Shown one piece after another: positions 18,760 through 27,387 of a stretch of 64,000 nt of DNA (positions are counted from its first letter, which is position 1; the number at the start of each line of letters is the position of its first letter). This DNA is from Bythopirellula sp. Lineage in GTDB: Bacteria > Planctomycetota > Planctomycetia > Pirellulales > Lacipirellulaceae. The notes beneath the pieces were generated by a model, which was not told the origin of the DNA, searched no databases, and saw nothing but the letters and a program-made list of their open reading frames with translations. A program made the translations under genes and the position numbers. The DNA lies in NCBI GenBank assembly GCA_965216565.1, contig OZ244170.1, positions 128,001 to 192,000 on the forward strand. Reading direction: 5' to 3'.

Positions 18760-19943
18760 TCTTCCTGTGCGTCTGCAAAGTTGCTCGTGCCAAAGTTCCC
18801 CAGGTTGTCTGCAAAATCGTTCAGAAACGGACCTGTGGGATAAAGCAGCTGTATGTTACTTGGCGTGGTTTCGGTTGGATTGGATTGAGAAACATCTAGC
18901 TCCACCCCTGCTCCTGTGGCCAAGGAGGAGTCGCCCCAGAAATCGTCGATACCGCAATGGAGAATCTGAAACTTCTTCTTTTGGACGTATTCGATGTAAC
19001 GCAATTCATCGACTTCGGGTGCATCCGGTCGTAATTGCTTGAGGGGATAGACATTGCCCGCGGAAGGATTGCGACTCGTGTAAAAGAACTCCGTGGAATT
19101 CCAATTGCGGACTGTTTGGAGTGGCGTCTCTCGGGAAGTGTCAAAGTAAACTATTGGCTCTTGACTTCCCTCAGCTAAGTATTCGTAAAGTTGAATTTCA
19201 TAGTCTTCAGTCGAATTCGTATTTGGATTGATTCGCTGAACTCGCAGGAAACGTCGATCGCCATTTCCATCTACCGAATACCTCAATCGGCCCCGGTCGA
19301 AATCATAGAGAGGGGCTTGAAATGAGTCGATCGTAATCACGTTGTTCACAGTTGAGCCATCCACACTGATGTTAGTAGCAACCAGATCGGTGCCGGTTAA
19401 GGGACGCTGCACGTCAGCACTAAAGCCGGAAAGCCAAAACACCAAAGCCTCGGCTGGTGATAAGCCGTTGGTGCCAATTGTCGAAATGTTGTTGTCCGCA
19501 TTATTAGCGTTTGAGGCTGTATTGAATTCAGAGCTTCGTGGAGCGACGCGTTTCAGAAAGGTGAGAACGTTCGCGCGGTTCCGCATATTTTCCTGATTAT
19601 TGATCTCAGATTCTTTGTAAACGTTGGGCGGATAAGAGCCATACTGGTTCTTGAAATCTTCCATCGCAGTGGCTAGTTGCTTGATTTCAATTGAGATCGC
19701 AGTTTCCTTGGCCTTGCGTAGCGCATTCATCGCCGCGCCGGTGATTAGCCCCGCCAGGATGGCGATGATGGTGATCACGACCAAAAGCTCGGTGAGCGTG
19801 AAGCCTGATAGCCGGGTTGCCATGCAACCCACGGCCGCCTTGCGTTGCTCGCCAGAGGACGAGTCAACAGTGGCAACACGGCTGAGCCGCTTTCCGCTTT
19901 CCGCGTTCCGCTTTCCAATTGTCTCATATTGATTCATACGCAT
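18756..19943 (-). CDS. Prepilin-type protein, GspG-like (candidate major subunit)
   Basis: SG|FTLTELLVVITIIAILAGLI; AMEDFKNQYGSYPP; FQILHCGIDD; DNLGNF; AGGAG 7 nt upstream of ATG 19943. Confidence 0.9.
   Translation of the reverse strand: MRMNQYETIGKRNAESGKRLSRVATVDSSSGEQRKAAVGCMATRLSGFTLTELLVVITIIAILAGLITGAAMNALRKAKETAISIEIKQLATAMEDFKNQYGSYPPNVYKESEINNQENMRNRANVLTFLKRVAPRSSEFNTASNANNADNNISTIGTNGLSPAEALVFWLSGFSADVQRPLTGTDLVATNISVDGSTVNNVITIDSFQAPLYDFDRGRLRYSVDGNGDRRFLRVQRINPNTNSTEDYEIQLYEYLAEGSQEPIVYFDTSRETPLQTVRNWNSTEFFYTSRNPSAGNVYPLKQLRPDAPEVDELRYIEYVQKKKFQILHCGIDDFWGDSSLATGAGVELDVSQSNPTETTPSNIQLLYPTGPFLNDFADNLGNFGTSNFADAQEE
19810..19916. repeat. ~75-bp element with terminal inverted repeats plus CCGCTTT heptamers, in prepilin leader
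   Basis: agccgggttgcca (19810-19822) / tggcaacacggct (19871-19883), 12/13 complementary; ccgcttt-type x4 at 19887-19914. Confidence 0.8.
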
Positions 19944-20221
19944 CTCTGAACTCCTGCTTCCTGAGCGGTTACTTACTTATGCAATTTCCATGCGCAATTC
20001 GGCGAAGAGACTCGCTGCAGCACGGCATCGTTCCCCCTGATAGAGGTAGTATAGCCGTTTGACGGCTTGATAGCTGACTGCTGCGCGGTGCTTACCCCCA
20101 GGTAGAGGTAATTGTCCCTCGCAATATTTTATTTTGCCCGTTTAGGCCCGATGTGTGCAATGTTGCACAATTGAACACTTCCGAGAGGCGTTTTGCGGCA
20201 ATTCCCTTCCTTTCGCCACGT

Positions 20222-20352
20222 GCCTTGCGTTGCTCGCCAGGGGACGAGTAAACAGTGGCAACGCGGCTGAAAGCCGTCTTCTTAAGGAAAACACGACCGC
20301 GCCGGCTCTTTGCTCCAGGCTCCAGGCTCCCTGCTCCAAGCTCCTCGCTCAC
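20222..20352. repeat. Intergenic copy of the same element plus GCTCC-core heptamers
   Basis: 20222-20270 matches 19837-19885 at 46/49 nt; tgctcca ggctcca ggctccc tgctcca agctcct cgctcac at 20311-20352. Confidence 0.85.
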
Positions 20353-21681
20353 CTACCCCGTCAGACCGTTGATGAGTTCCACCAGCGGAATGAACAACGC
20401 GATCACGATAAAGCCAACCGCACCACCGAGGAACAGAATCAACAACGGTTCCATCAGCTTGGTGAGTCCATCCGTGAGCACGGCAACTTCCTCGTCGTAG
20501 GTGTCGGCCACTTTGTAAAGCATGGTATCGAGTTCGCCAGTTTCTTCGCCGACATCGACCATGTTGACCACAATATCGTCGACCACGCGTTGCTGGAGTT
20601 TCAGCAGGTAGACCAACACTCCGATCGGACCGCCAATAAAGCAGAACCAGAAGAAGGCAGCCATCGGGTGCAGCGAGAGCTTGGAATACTCCTTCAATGG
20701 TTGAGCAATAGCATCGCCCTCGCGGATGCGCTCGCTAACCTTGGAGAACAACCTTTCGAACACAGCATTGCCACTAGTTTCGCGTGTGATGTTGAGTGCT
20801 TCGAGAATCGGCACACCGCTAGAGATGAGTGTTCCCAAGGTCCGCGAAGTCCGGGCCATGATGTTTTTTTCGATAAGATTTCCAAAGATGGGCACCTTGA
20901 TAATAAACTGATCCCAGCCCATACGCCCTGCTTTGAACTTGCGAATGAGTTTGATCGTCAGCCAGATTACCATCGGTACGCCGGGTATGAGGTACCAGTA
21001 GTGAACGCACCATTCCGAAAGGGCAATCAAGTAAATGGTCATTGCAGGGAGATCGAGTTCGAAGTCGTCGAAAATCGATTGGAACGACGGCACGATCTTG
21101 ATCATGATGAACGTCAAAATACCGACCGCCACCGACACGACGACAACCGGGTAGATCATCGCACTCTTGACTTTTCGCTTGAGCGATTCGGCCCGTTCTT
21201 TGAAGTCGGCCAGACGTTGGAGGATGACTTCCAGGGCACCACCCGCCTCACCAGCTTTGATCATGTTGACGTACAAACGATCGAACGCCTTGGGGCACTT
21301 GGCCATGGCTTCGGAAAGGGTGTCGCCGGCCTCGATTGCTTCGCACGTGTCTTCCAGGGAGTATTTCAATCGCCCCGCTTTGGCTTGCTCGCCGAGGATT
21401 CGTAGGCTCCGCAAGATCGGGAGACCCGCATCCTGAAGAATGGAAAGTTGCCGCGTGAAGGCGGTGAGGTCTTTGGATGCGACGCCACCGAAGACAAAGC
21501 CGCGTTTCTTTTTGCTACCCGCTGCCTCAGACTTCTTACGCGCTTTTTTGACCGAGATCTTGGTCACGAAGTAGCCCATCTGCCGAATGGTGGCCTGGGC
21601 ATCTTCCTCGGTCGGCGCTTCGATCACGTCCTTGATCTCGGCACCGGTCGAGTCCATCGCTTCGAATTGAAAAGTAGGCAT
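20353..21681 (-). CDS. pilC: Type IV filament inner-membrane platform protein (PilC/GspF)
   Basis: FTRQLSILQDAGLPIL, MIKAGEAGGAL, AMIYP, VGEETGELD, LMEP. Confidence 0.93.
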   Translation of the reverse strand: MPTFQFEAMDSTGAEIKDVIEAPTEEDAQATIRQMGYFVTKISVKKARKKSEAAGSKKKRGFVFGGVASKDLTAFTRQLSILQDAGLPILRSLRILGEQAKAGRLKYSLEDTCEAIEAGDTLSEAMAKCPKAFDRLYVNMIKAGEAGGALEVILQRLADFKERAESLKRKVKSAMIYPVVVVSVAVGILTFIMIKIVPSFQSIFDDFELDLPAMTIYLIALSEWCVHYWYLIPGVPMVIWLTIKLIRKFKAGRMGWDQFIIKVPIFGNLIEKNIMARTSRTLGTLISSGVPILEALNITRETSGNAVFERLFSKVSERIREGDAIAQPLKEYSKLSLHPMAAFFWFCFIGGPIGVLVYLLKLQQRVVDDIVVNMVDVGEETGELDTMLYKVADTYDEEVAVLTDGLTKLMEPLLILFLGGAVGFIVIALFIPLVELINGLTG

Positions 21682-21767
21682 GATAAGTGGTCCATTGTCC
21701 TAGGTCTGAGTTCCTGGATAAGTTGTCTGAGCAATTTCCATGCCGCAGACAGCGGAACTCCGACCGA

Positions 21768-23480
21768 TCACGCGTCGATAATGGTTTCTCGAATGACTTC
21801 TTCGGGAGTTGTCGTGCCCTCGATACAGGCCTTCATTCCGGCATCACGCAAAGTGACCATACCGGCGTCGCGGGCTGTGTCGCGGAGCTTGTCTGTCGAA
21901 GCGTTTTTCATGATCAGTTCACGTAGGTCGTTGTTCATGATCATGAGTTCGAAAAGACCGACTCTTCCCTTATAACCTGTATTGTTGCAGTTTTCGCAGC
22001 CTGATCCACGATAAAACTGAATTCCTTTGAGGTCTTCTTGCTCCAATTCCAGGTCTTCTAGCACCTCTTTAGAGGGATTGTACTCTTCTTTGCAATTTTC
22101 GCAGATCCGCCGGACAAGTCGCTGAGCCAGGATGACTTCGACCGTGGCAGTGAGCAAGAACGTTGGCACGCCCATGTCTTTCATACGAGTGATCGTGCTC
22201 GGTGCGTCGTTGGTATGCAGCGTGCTAAAAACCATGTGGCCGGTGAGGGATGCTTGCACCGCGATTTCGGCTGTTTCCAGATCGCGAATTTCGCCAACGA
22301 GGATCTTGTCGGGGTCCTGACGTAGAATAGCCCGCAGGCATTGGGCAAAGGTATTGCCAATTGAAGAATCGATGGGCACCTGGATGATGCCCTCCATGTC
22401 GTATTCGACCGGGTCTTCGGTAGTGATGAGTTTGTCTTCGACGGTGTTGAGTTCGTTCAGAGCCGAGTAGAGCGTGGTGGTTTTACCCGAACCAGTCGGG
22501 CCAGTGACCAACACAATGCCGTTCGGCTTGGCAATGGCGGCACGAAACTCCGCCATCGTTTCGTCGTTCATACCGACATTCTGCAGATCGAGCGAAACCA
22601 CCGATCGGTCGAGGACCCGCATGACGACGCTTTCGCCGAACATGGTGGGAAGGACACTGACGCGAAGATCGACCGGGTGACCGCCGACATTCAGCTCGAT
22701 GCGTCCGTCCTGTGGCATCCGCCGTTCGGCAATATCGAGATCGGCCATCACTTTGATGCGCGTGGTGATCGCAAAAGCCAAATGTCGCGGTGGCGGTACC
22801 ATTTCGTACAGCACGCCATCGGCTTTGATGCGAATGCGAAATTCGTCTTCGAAAGGCTCGAAATGCAAATCGCTCGCGTGGTCTTTGATCGCAAGCAAGA
22901 GCACCATGTTCAAGAGCTTACGGACGGGGGCACTATCAGCCAAAGCTTCGACACTAGTGAGATCGACGCCGCCTTCGGCCGCGGCAACCGCTGCGGCAAG
23001 CTCTGCGTCATCTTCCAAGTCGGAAACAATGCTCTCCACGCTTTCCGTGTTCTCGCCATAGTAGCGATCGAGCGCGGCCAGGATGGCGGGCTCCGTCGCG
23101 ACGACCACGGCAATGTTGTAGCCAAGGAAGGTGCGGAGTTCGTCCTGAACTGCGAGATTCTGCGGATCGCACATGGCAACGGTGAGCGTCGTGCCGTCAA
23201 ACTCAGTTGGCACGATACGGTACATCTGAGCCATCGGCTCGGTGAGGAGCGCGAGCACTTCTTTGTCGATGGACAAGTCGCCGAGAGCGACCGTGCGGAG
23301 CGACATCTGTTCGCCCAACGCCTGGGCGAGCTGGTCGTCGGTGATCAGGCCCATGTCCATCGAGACTTGGCCCAGCAATTGTCCCGGGCGCTGTTGCTGT
23401 TCTTCCAGCAGCAGCTCGAGTTGCTCGTCGGAGATATATCCGAGGTCGACCAGAATTTGACCGATGCGACGTAAGGCCAT
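21768..23480 (-). CDS. pilB: PilB/GspE-type assembly ATPase with MshEN N-terminus
   Basis: ASDLHFEP, PQDGR, GPTGSGKTT, EDPVE, LRQDPD, TGHMVFSTLHTND, CENC..CENC. Confidence 0.9.
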   Translation of the reverse strand: MALRRIGQILVDLGYISDEQLELLLEEQQQRPGQLLGQVSMDMGLITDDQLAQALGEQMSLRTVALGDLSIDKEVLALLTEPMAQMYRIVPTEFDGTTLTVAMCDPQNLAVQDELRTFLGYNIAVVVATEPAILAALDRYYGENTESVESIVSDLEDDAELAAAVAAAEGGVDLTSVEALADSAPVRKLLNMVLLLAIKDHASDLHFEPFEDEFRIRIKADGVLYEMVPPPRHLAFAITTRIKVMADLDIAERRMPQDGRIELNVGGHPVDLRVSVLPTMFGESVVMRVLDRSVVSLDLQNVGMNDETMAEFRAAIAKPNGIVLVTGPTGSGKTTTLYSALNELNTVEDKLITTEDPVEYDMEGIIQVPIDSSIGNTFAQCLRAILRQDPDKILVGEIRDLETAEIAVQASLTGHMVFSTLHTNDAPSTITRMKDMGVPTFLLTATVEVILAQRLVRRICENCKEEYNPSKEVLEDLELEQEDLKGIQFYRGSGCENCNNTGYKGRVGLFELMIMNNDLRELIMKNASTDKLRDTARDAGMVTLRDAGMKACIEGTTTPEEVIRETIIDA

Positions 23481-23544
23481 AGTAAGTAGGGGCTAGGTTT
23501 TCAGGGGTTACAGTTTACAGACTGAGGAATAAGGAAAAACGTGT

Positions 23545-24660
23545 TTACTCGAAGGGGTCTTCATTCTCTTCGTCGGGATCGTCGAAGGCACCGCGTTCGG
23601 CGGCGGCGATGCGCTTGGCTAGATCGTCGGGAGCGTTGGCCTTGGCCAACAGGTCTTCTTTTGTGGCTAGTTCATTCTTCCAATGAGAGAACAGATCGTC
23701 ATCGAGCAACTTCATGCCGTGCTTGGAGCCGGTTTGAATGGCGGACGTAATACGGAAGATCTTGTTCTCCCGGACCAAGTTGGCGATACCGGGGGTGACT
23801 ACAAGTGTTTCAAACGCAGCAACCCGACCCCCACCAATACGGGGAACCAATTGCTGAGCCAGAATGCCGATAATGGCGGTTGCCAACTGGGTGCGGATTT
23901 GTTCCTGCTGATTGGTCGGGAACACGTCGATAATACGGTTGATCGTGCCTGCGGCGCTGGAGGTATGTAACGTGCCAAAAACCACGTGACCGGTTTCCGC
24001 CGCGGTAATGGCAGCTTCGATGGTTTCGAGGTCACGTAGCTCACCGACGAGGATCACGTCGGGATCTTGCCGCAACGCTCGGCGAATCGCCTCGGCAAAG
24101 GATGTGACGTCTGTGCCGACCTCGCGCTGGTTGATCGTTGACTTTTTATGATTGTGATAAAACTCGATCGGGTCTTCGATCGTTATGATGTGATGGTCGA
24201 CGGTCTCGTTGAGGTAGTCGATCATGGCCGCGAGCGAAGTACTTTTGCCCGAACCAGTTGGACCAGTGACGAGCACCAATCCACGTGGCCGCATAATGAG
24301 ATCTTTGAAAACCGTCGGAACATTGAGCTGCTCCATCGACATCATGTCGACCGGAATCTGCCGCAACACGAGAGCGACGTTACCACGTTGTCGAAACACC
24401 GAAACGCGGAAGCGAGCTTGATCGCCGAAAGCAAAGCCGAAGTCGGTACTGCCAGTTTCCTGGAACTCCTGCTGGCAACGCTCGGGAGTGATACTCTTCA
24501 TCAAGCCCATGGTGTCGGCAGGCTCGAGCACCTTGGTTTTGAGCTTCTGCATCCGTCCATGCAGCCGCAACACGGGAGGTTGCCCCACCGTGATGTGCAG
24601 ATCGCTCGCGCCTTGCTTCACTTGGGCGGAGAGCAATTTATCGATAAGAATCGTGCCCAT
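23545..24660 (-). CDS. pilT: Type IV pilus retraction ATPase
   Basis: ASDLHI, GPTGSGKST, EDPIE, ALRQDPD, AAETGH, GIANLVRE (AIRNLIRE-like); 371 aa. Confidence 0.92.
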   Translation of the reverse strand: MGTILIDKLLSAQVKQGASDLHITVGQPPVLRLHGRMQKLKTKVLEPADTMGLMKSITPERCQQEFQETGSTDFGFAFGDQARFRVSVFRQRGNVALVLRQIPVDMMSMEQLNVPTVFKDLIMRPRGLVLVTGPTGSGKSTSLAAMIDYLNETVDHHIITIEDPIEFYHNHKKSTINQREVGTDVTSFAEAIRRALRQDPDVILVGELRDLETIEAAITAAETGHVVFGTLHTSSAAGTINRIIDVFPTNQQEQIRTQLATAIIGILAQQLVPRIGGGRVAAFETLVVTPGIANLVRENKIFRITSAIQTGSKHGMKLLDDDLFSHWKNELATKEDLLAKANAPDDLAKRIAAAERGAFDDPDEENEDPFE

Positions 24661-24842
24661 TACGCTCTGTTCCTACACACAGTTCCTACTCACAATATTC
24701 CTAAAAAGGCAATCCATCACTTGCCTGTCTGTCCGGCTAGATTGGAATCCTATCCAGCCACTCTTGCCCTGGGGGCCTTATCTCTATTCTAACCAGCTCA
24801 GCGATGCAAGAATTTGCATTTTGCCTGCTGTTTTCCTTTCAA

Positions 24843-26543
24843 TTACGTCACTTTCTTGGACACCTTGAAGACCTCCTCAAGGGTTGTAATGCCCTGCGTG
24901 GCCTTCAGGATGCCATCGTCGTACAGGGTGCTCATCCCTTGGTTGACTGCTGCATTGCGAATTTCTTCCGTGGAGGCCCCGGCAAGCGAGAGCTCCCGGA
25001 CCTTGGACGTCATCGTCATAAACTCAAAGATACCCAGACGACCGCGATAACCGCTTTTGCCACAGTGCGAGCAGCCGACGCCTTTCATGAAGGTGGCGGC
25101 GGCCGCTTGTTCGGGTGTGATGCCTGCGGCTTCGAGCTGGCCTTCGGACGGGGTAAAGGGTTGCTTGCACTTGCTGCAAACGACTCGCACCAACCGCTGC
25201 GCGAGTACACCAATCACACTACCGGCGACCAGATAAGCGGGCACTCCCATGTCCACCATCCGAGTGACGGCACCGGGTGCATCGTTGGTGTGCAATGTGC
25301 TGAAAACCAAGTGACCGGTGAGCGATGCCTGGATACCCATCGAGGCGGTCTCGTTGTCACGCATCTCACCAACCAAAATTACATTGGGTGCCTGTCGCAA
25401 CATCGCGCGAATGATCAACGCAAAGTCGAGGCCAATCGAGTGCCGCACTTCCACTTGATTGATGCCGGGGAGGTAGTATTCCACAGGATCCTCGGCGGTG
25501 ATGATTTTGCGATCGGGCCGATTCAATTCGTTGAGTGCAGCATAGAGCGTGGTGGTCTTGCCGGAACCGGTGGGGCCCGTCACGAGCAGAATCCCATTGG
25601 GACGCCTAATCAGGCTGCGAAACTTTTTGAAGTCGCCGTCGGAGAGCCCCAGTTGTCGCACGCCAACTTTAATATTGTCTTTGTCCAAGAGCCGCATTAC
25701 GCACGATTGTCCATGCGTGGTTGGCAGCATGCTGACCCGCAGGTCCAACTCCTTGCCACCTGCGGTAATCTTGATTCGTCCGTCCTGCGTACGACGTCGC
25801 TCGGCAATGTCCATCTTGGCGAGAATCTTGATACGCGACAAAAGCGCACCCAGCAAACGCCGGGGTGGGCTATCGCGTTCGACCAGCACGCCATCGATCC
25901 GGTAACGGATGCGTACTTTTTCTTCAAACGGTTCGACGTGAATGTCTGATGCCCGCAGCTGAACAGCCTCGGTAATCATGAGCTGCACCAGCCGCACGAT
26001 GGGGGCGCTCGACTCATCGACGACGTCGTCATCGTCGCCGGTTTCATCGTCTTCGGTCTCCGTGAAATCGATGGCCGTATCGGTGAACTCTTGCAGCATC
26101 GAGTCGGCACTTTCGCCGTCGAGCTGACCGTAGTTGCGGTTGATCGCTTCGTTGATTGCCTCGCGGGTGGCGAGGCCGATTTCGACTTTACGATTGAGAA
26201 TAAATTGCAGCTTGTCGAACGTCTCGAAGTCGAGCGGATCGCTAACGACAACCTTTAGCTTGCCGTCTTCTTCCGAGAACGGAATCACCGAGTTCTCGCG
26301 TGCCACCGATTCTGGAACCAGCTCTACCACGGCCGGTGGGATGGGGACGTTGCTTAGATCGTAGAATTCATAGTCGTGTTGCTTGGCGAGCGCCTTCATC
26401 ACCTGTTCGGCGGAGGCATAACCTAATTCGGCGATGGCATCTTGAAGCTTCAGGCCTTTCGATTTCGCATGGGCCTCTGCTTCCTGCAATTGCTCAGGGC
26501 CTAGAATACCCTGCTTGATTAAGTAGTCACCAAGGTCGGCCAT
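24843..26543 (-). CDS. pilB: Second PilB/GspE-type assembly ATPase
   Basis: ASDIHVEP, TQDGR, GPTGSGKTT, EDPVE, LRQAPN, STLHTND, CSKC..CSHC. Confidence 0.88.
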   Translation of the reverse strand: MADLGDYLIKQGILGPEQLQEAEAHAKSKGLKLQDAIAELGYASAEQVMKALAKQHDYEFYDLSNVPIPPAVVELVPESVARENSVIPFSEEDGKLKVVVSDPLDFETFDKLQFILNRKVEIGLATREAINEAINRNYGQLDGESADSMLQEFTDTAIDFTETEDDETGDDDDVVDESSAPIVRLVQLMITEAVQLRASDIHVEPFEEKVRIRYRIDGVLVERDSPPRRLLGALLSRIKILAKMDIAERRRTQDGRIKITAGGKELDLRVSMLPTTHGQSCVMRLLDKDNIKVGVRQLGLSDGDFKKFRSLIRRPNGILLVTGPTGSGKTTTLYAALNELNRPDRKIITAEDPVEYYLPGINQVEVRHSIGLDFALIIRAMLRQAPNVILVGEMRDNETASMGIQASLTGHLVFSTLHTNDAPGAVTRMVDMGVPAYLVAGSVIGVLAQRLVRVVCSKCKQPFTPSEGQLEAAGITPEQAAAATFMKGVGCSHCGKSGYRGRLGIFEFMTMTSKVRELSLAGASTEEIRNAAVNQGMSTLYDDGILKATQGITTLEEVFKVSKKVT

Positions 26544-26739
26544 TACAAATGGTTCTCTCTTATTCCTAAATCGCGATTCTTACCAGCCGATAGATTACTG
26601 GTTGAATTCTCCTTGCGCCGGGTCTCGAACCAAATCGAGCGATGGAAGAATCGTGACCAGAGCACGGATACAAACCTTGCTAAAGTCCTAAACTTCACGG
26701 GGTTTCGACAACCCCCCCAAACGTGCCACTCTAACTACT

Positions 26740-26768
26740 AGGCTAATGGTGGGGGCCTATAATGTCAA
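26740..26768 (-). promoter_or_regulatory. Probable sigma70 promoter of the pil cluster
   Basis: TTGACA-N17-TAGCCT on the minus strand, ~200 nt upstream of the ATG at 26543. Confidence 0.5.
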
Positions 26769-26811
26769 TCAACCAGCGGTCTCGGCGAGTGCTCGGGTGT
26801 GGTTGCAACGG

Positions 26812-27387
26812 TCACGACGATTTCCCCAGTTGTTGCTCTCTGAGCAGACGCGCTTGTTGGCGCAGCTTTTGGGCCAAATGGCGCAGCGAATCGGCTTGCT
26901 TATAGAGGTCCAAGGTCTCTAGACGATGGGCGGCACTATCCATTTGTCTGGCCGTCTCGCGGAGTGCGACGATTTGCTCAGATGGAGCCGGTGAGACGGG
27001 GCTCGCAGTGGTGGGGAAGTCGAGAAAGCTGGACTGCTGATTGCCTATCGTTAGCTCTTGGGGAAGTTTCTGCGAAGGGAGCTTTCCCGGAGGAAATTTC
27101 TTGTCCACCTCCGAGCCACCAAGCGCTTGTTGGATTTCGCGGATCTCTTGCTCAATGGTCTGTCGCTCGACGATCTTTTGCTCGCCAGTCTCTTGCTCGC
27201 CAGTCTCTTGCTCGCCAGTCTCTTGCTCGATTGCGTCTCGGGGCAATTTCTGCAAGTTTTCGGATCGTTCGCCATAAACTGCGGAACCCGTTTGCCATGC
27301 TAAAAGAAGGAGTAGGGCCAGGGCCGTAGCAAAGATCGGCACGGCTGGGAGACGGCTGATTCTCATTCTGAAAATGTTCTTGACCAT
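26812..27387 (-). CDS. Hypothetical exported coiled-coil protein with EQETG repeats
   Basis: Signal-like N-terminus, GGAG upstream, helical C-terminus. Confidence 0.65.
   Translation of the reverse strand: MVKNIFRMRISRLPAVPIFATALALLLLLAWQTGSAVYGERSENLQKLPRDAIEQETGEQETGEQETGEQKIVERQTIEQEIREIQQALGGSEVDKKFPPGKLPSQKLPQELTIGNQQSSFLDFPTTASPVSPAPSEQIVALRETARQMDSAAHRLETLDLYKQADSLRHLAQKLRQQARLLREQQLGKSS
27178..27229. repeat. 15-bp in-frame tandem repeat (~3.5 copies)
   Basis: ttgctcgccagtctc x3 plus ttgctcg, perfect. Confidence 0.9.

Noticed and set aside
19979..19997. Sigma54 promoter for the pilins (GCGCATG-GAAA-TTGCA, minus strand)
   Set aside because: The invariant GG at -24 is missing; likewise TGGCACG at 26722-26728 lacks the -12 TTGC.
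20100..20150. c-di-GMP-I riboswitch (GGGCAAA on the minus strand)
   Set aside because: No GNRA-capped stem or GACGCAAA element follows.
8559..20352. Diversity-generating retroelement or shufflon acting on pilins
   Set aside because: No reverse transcriptase or invertase; the 49-bp repeat lies in leader and intergenic DNA, not in a variable C-terminus.
20155..21405. 416-aa plus-strand ORF
   Set aside because: Antisense shadow of pilC; no motifs.
24804..25949. 381-aa plus-strand ORF (likewise 22677..23474 and 24148..24792)
   Set aside because: Antisense to conserved ATPase genes.
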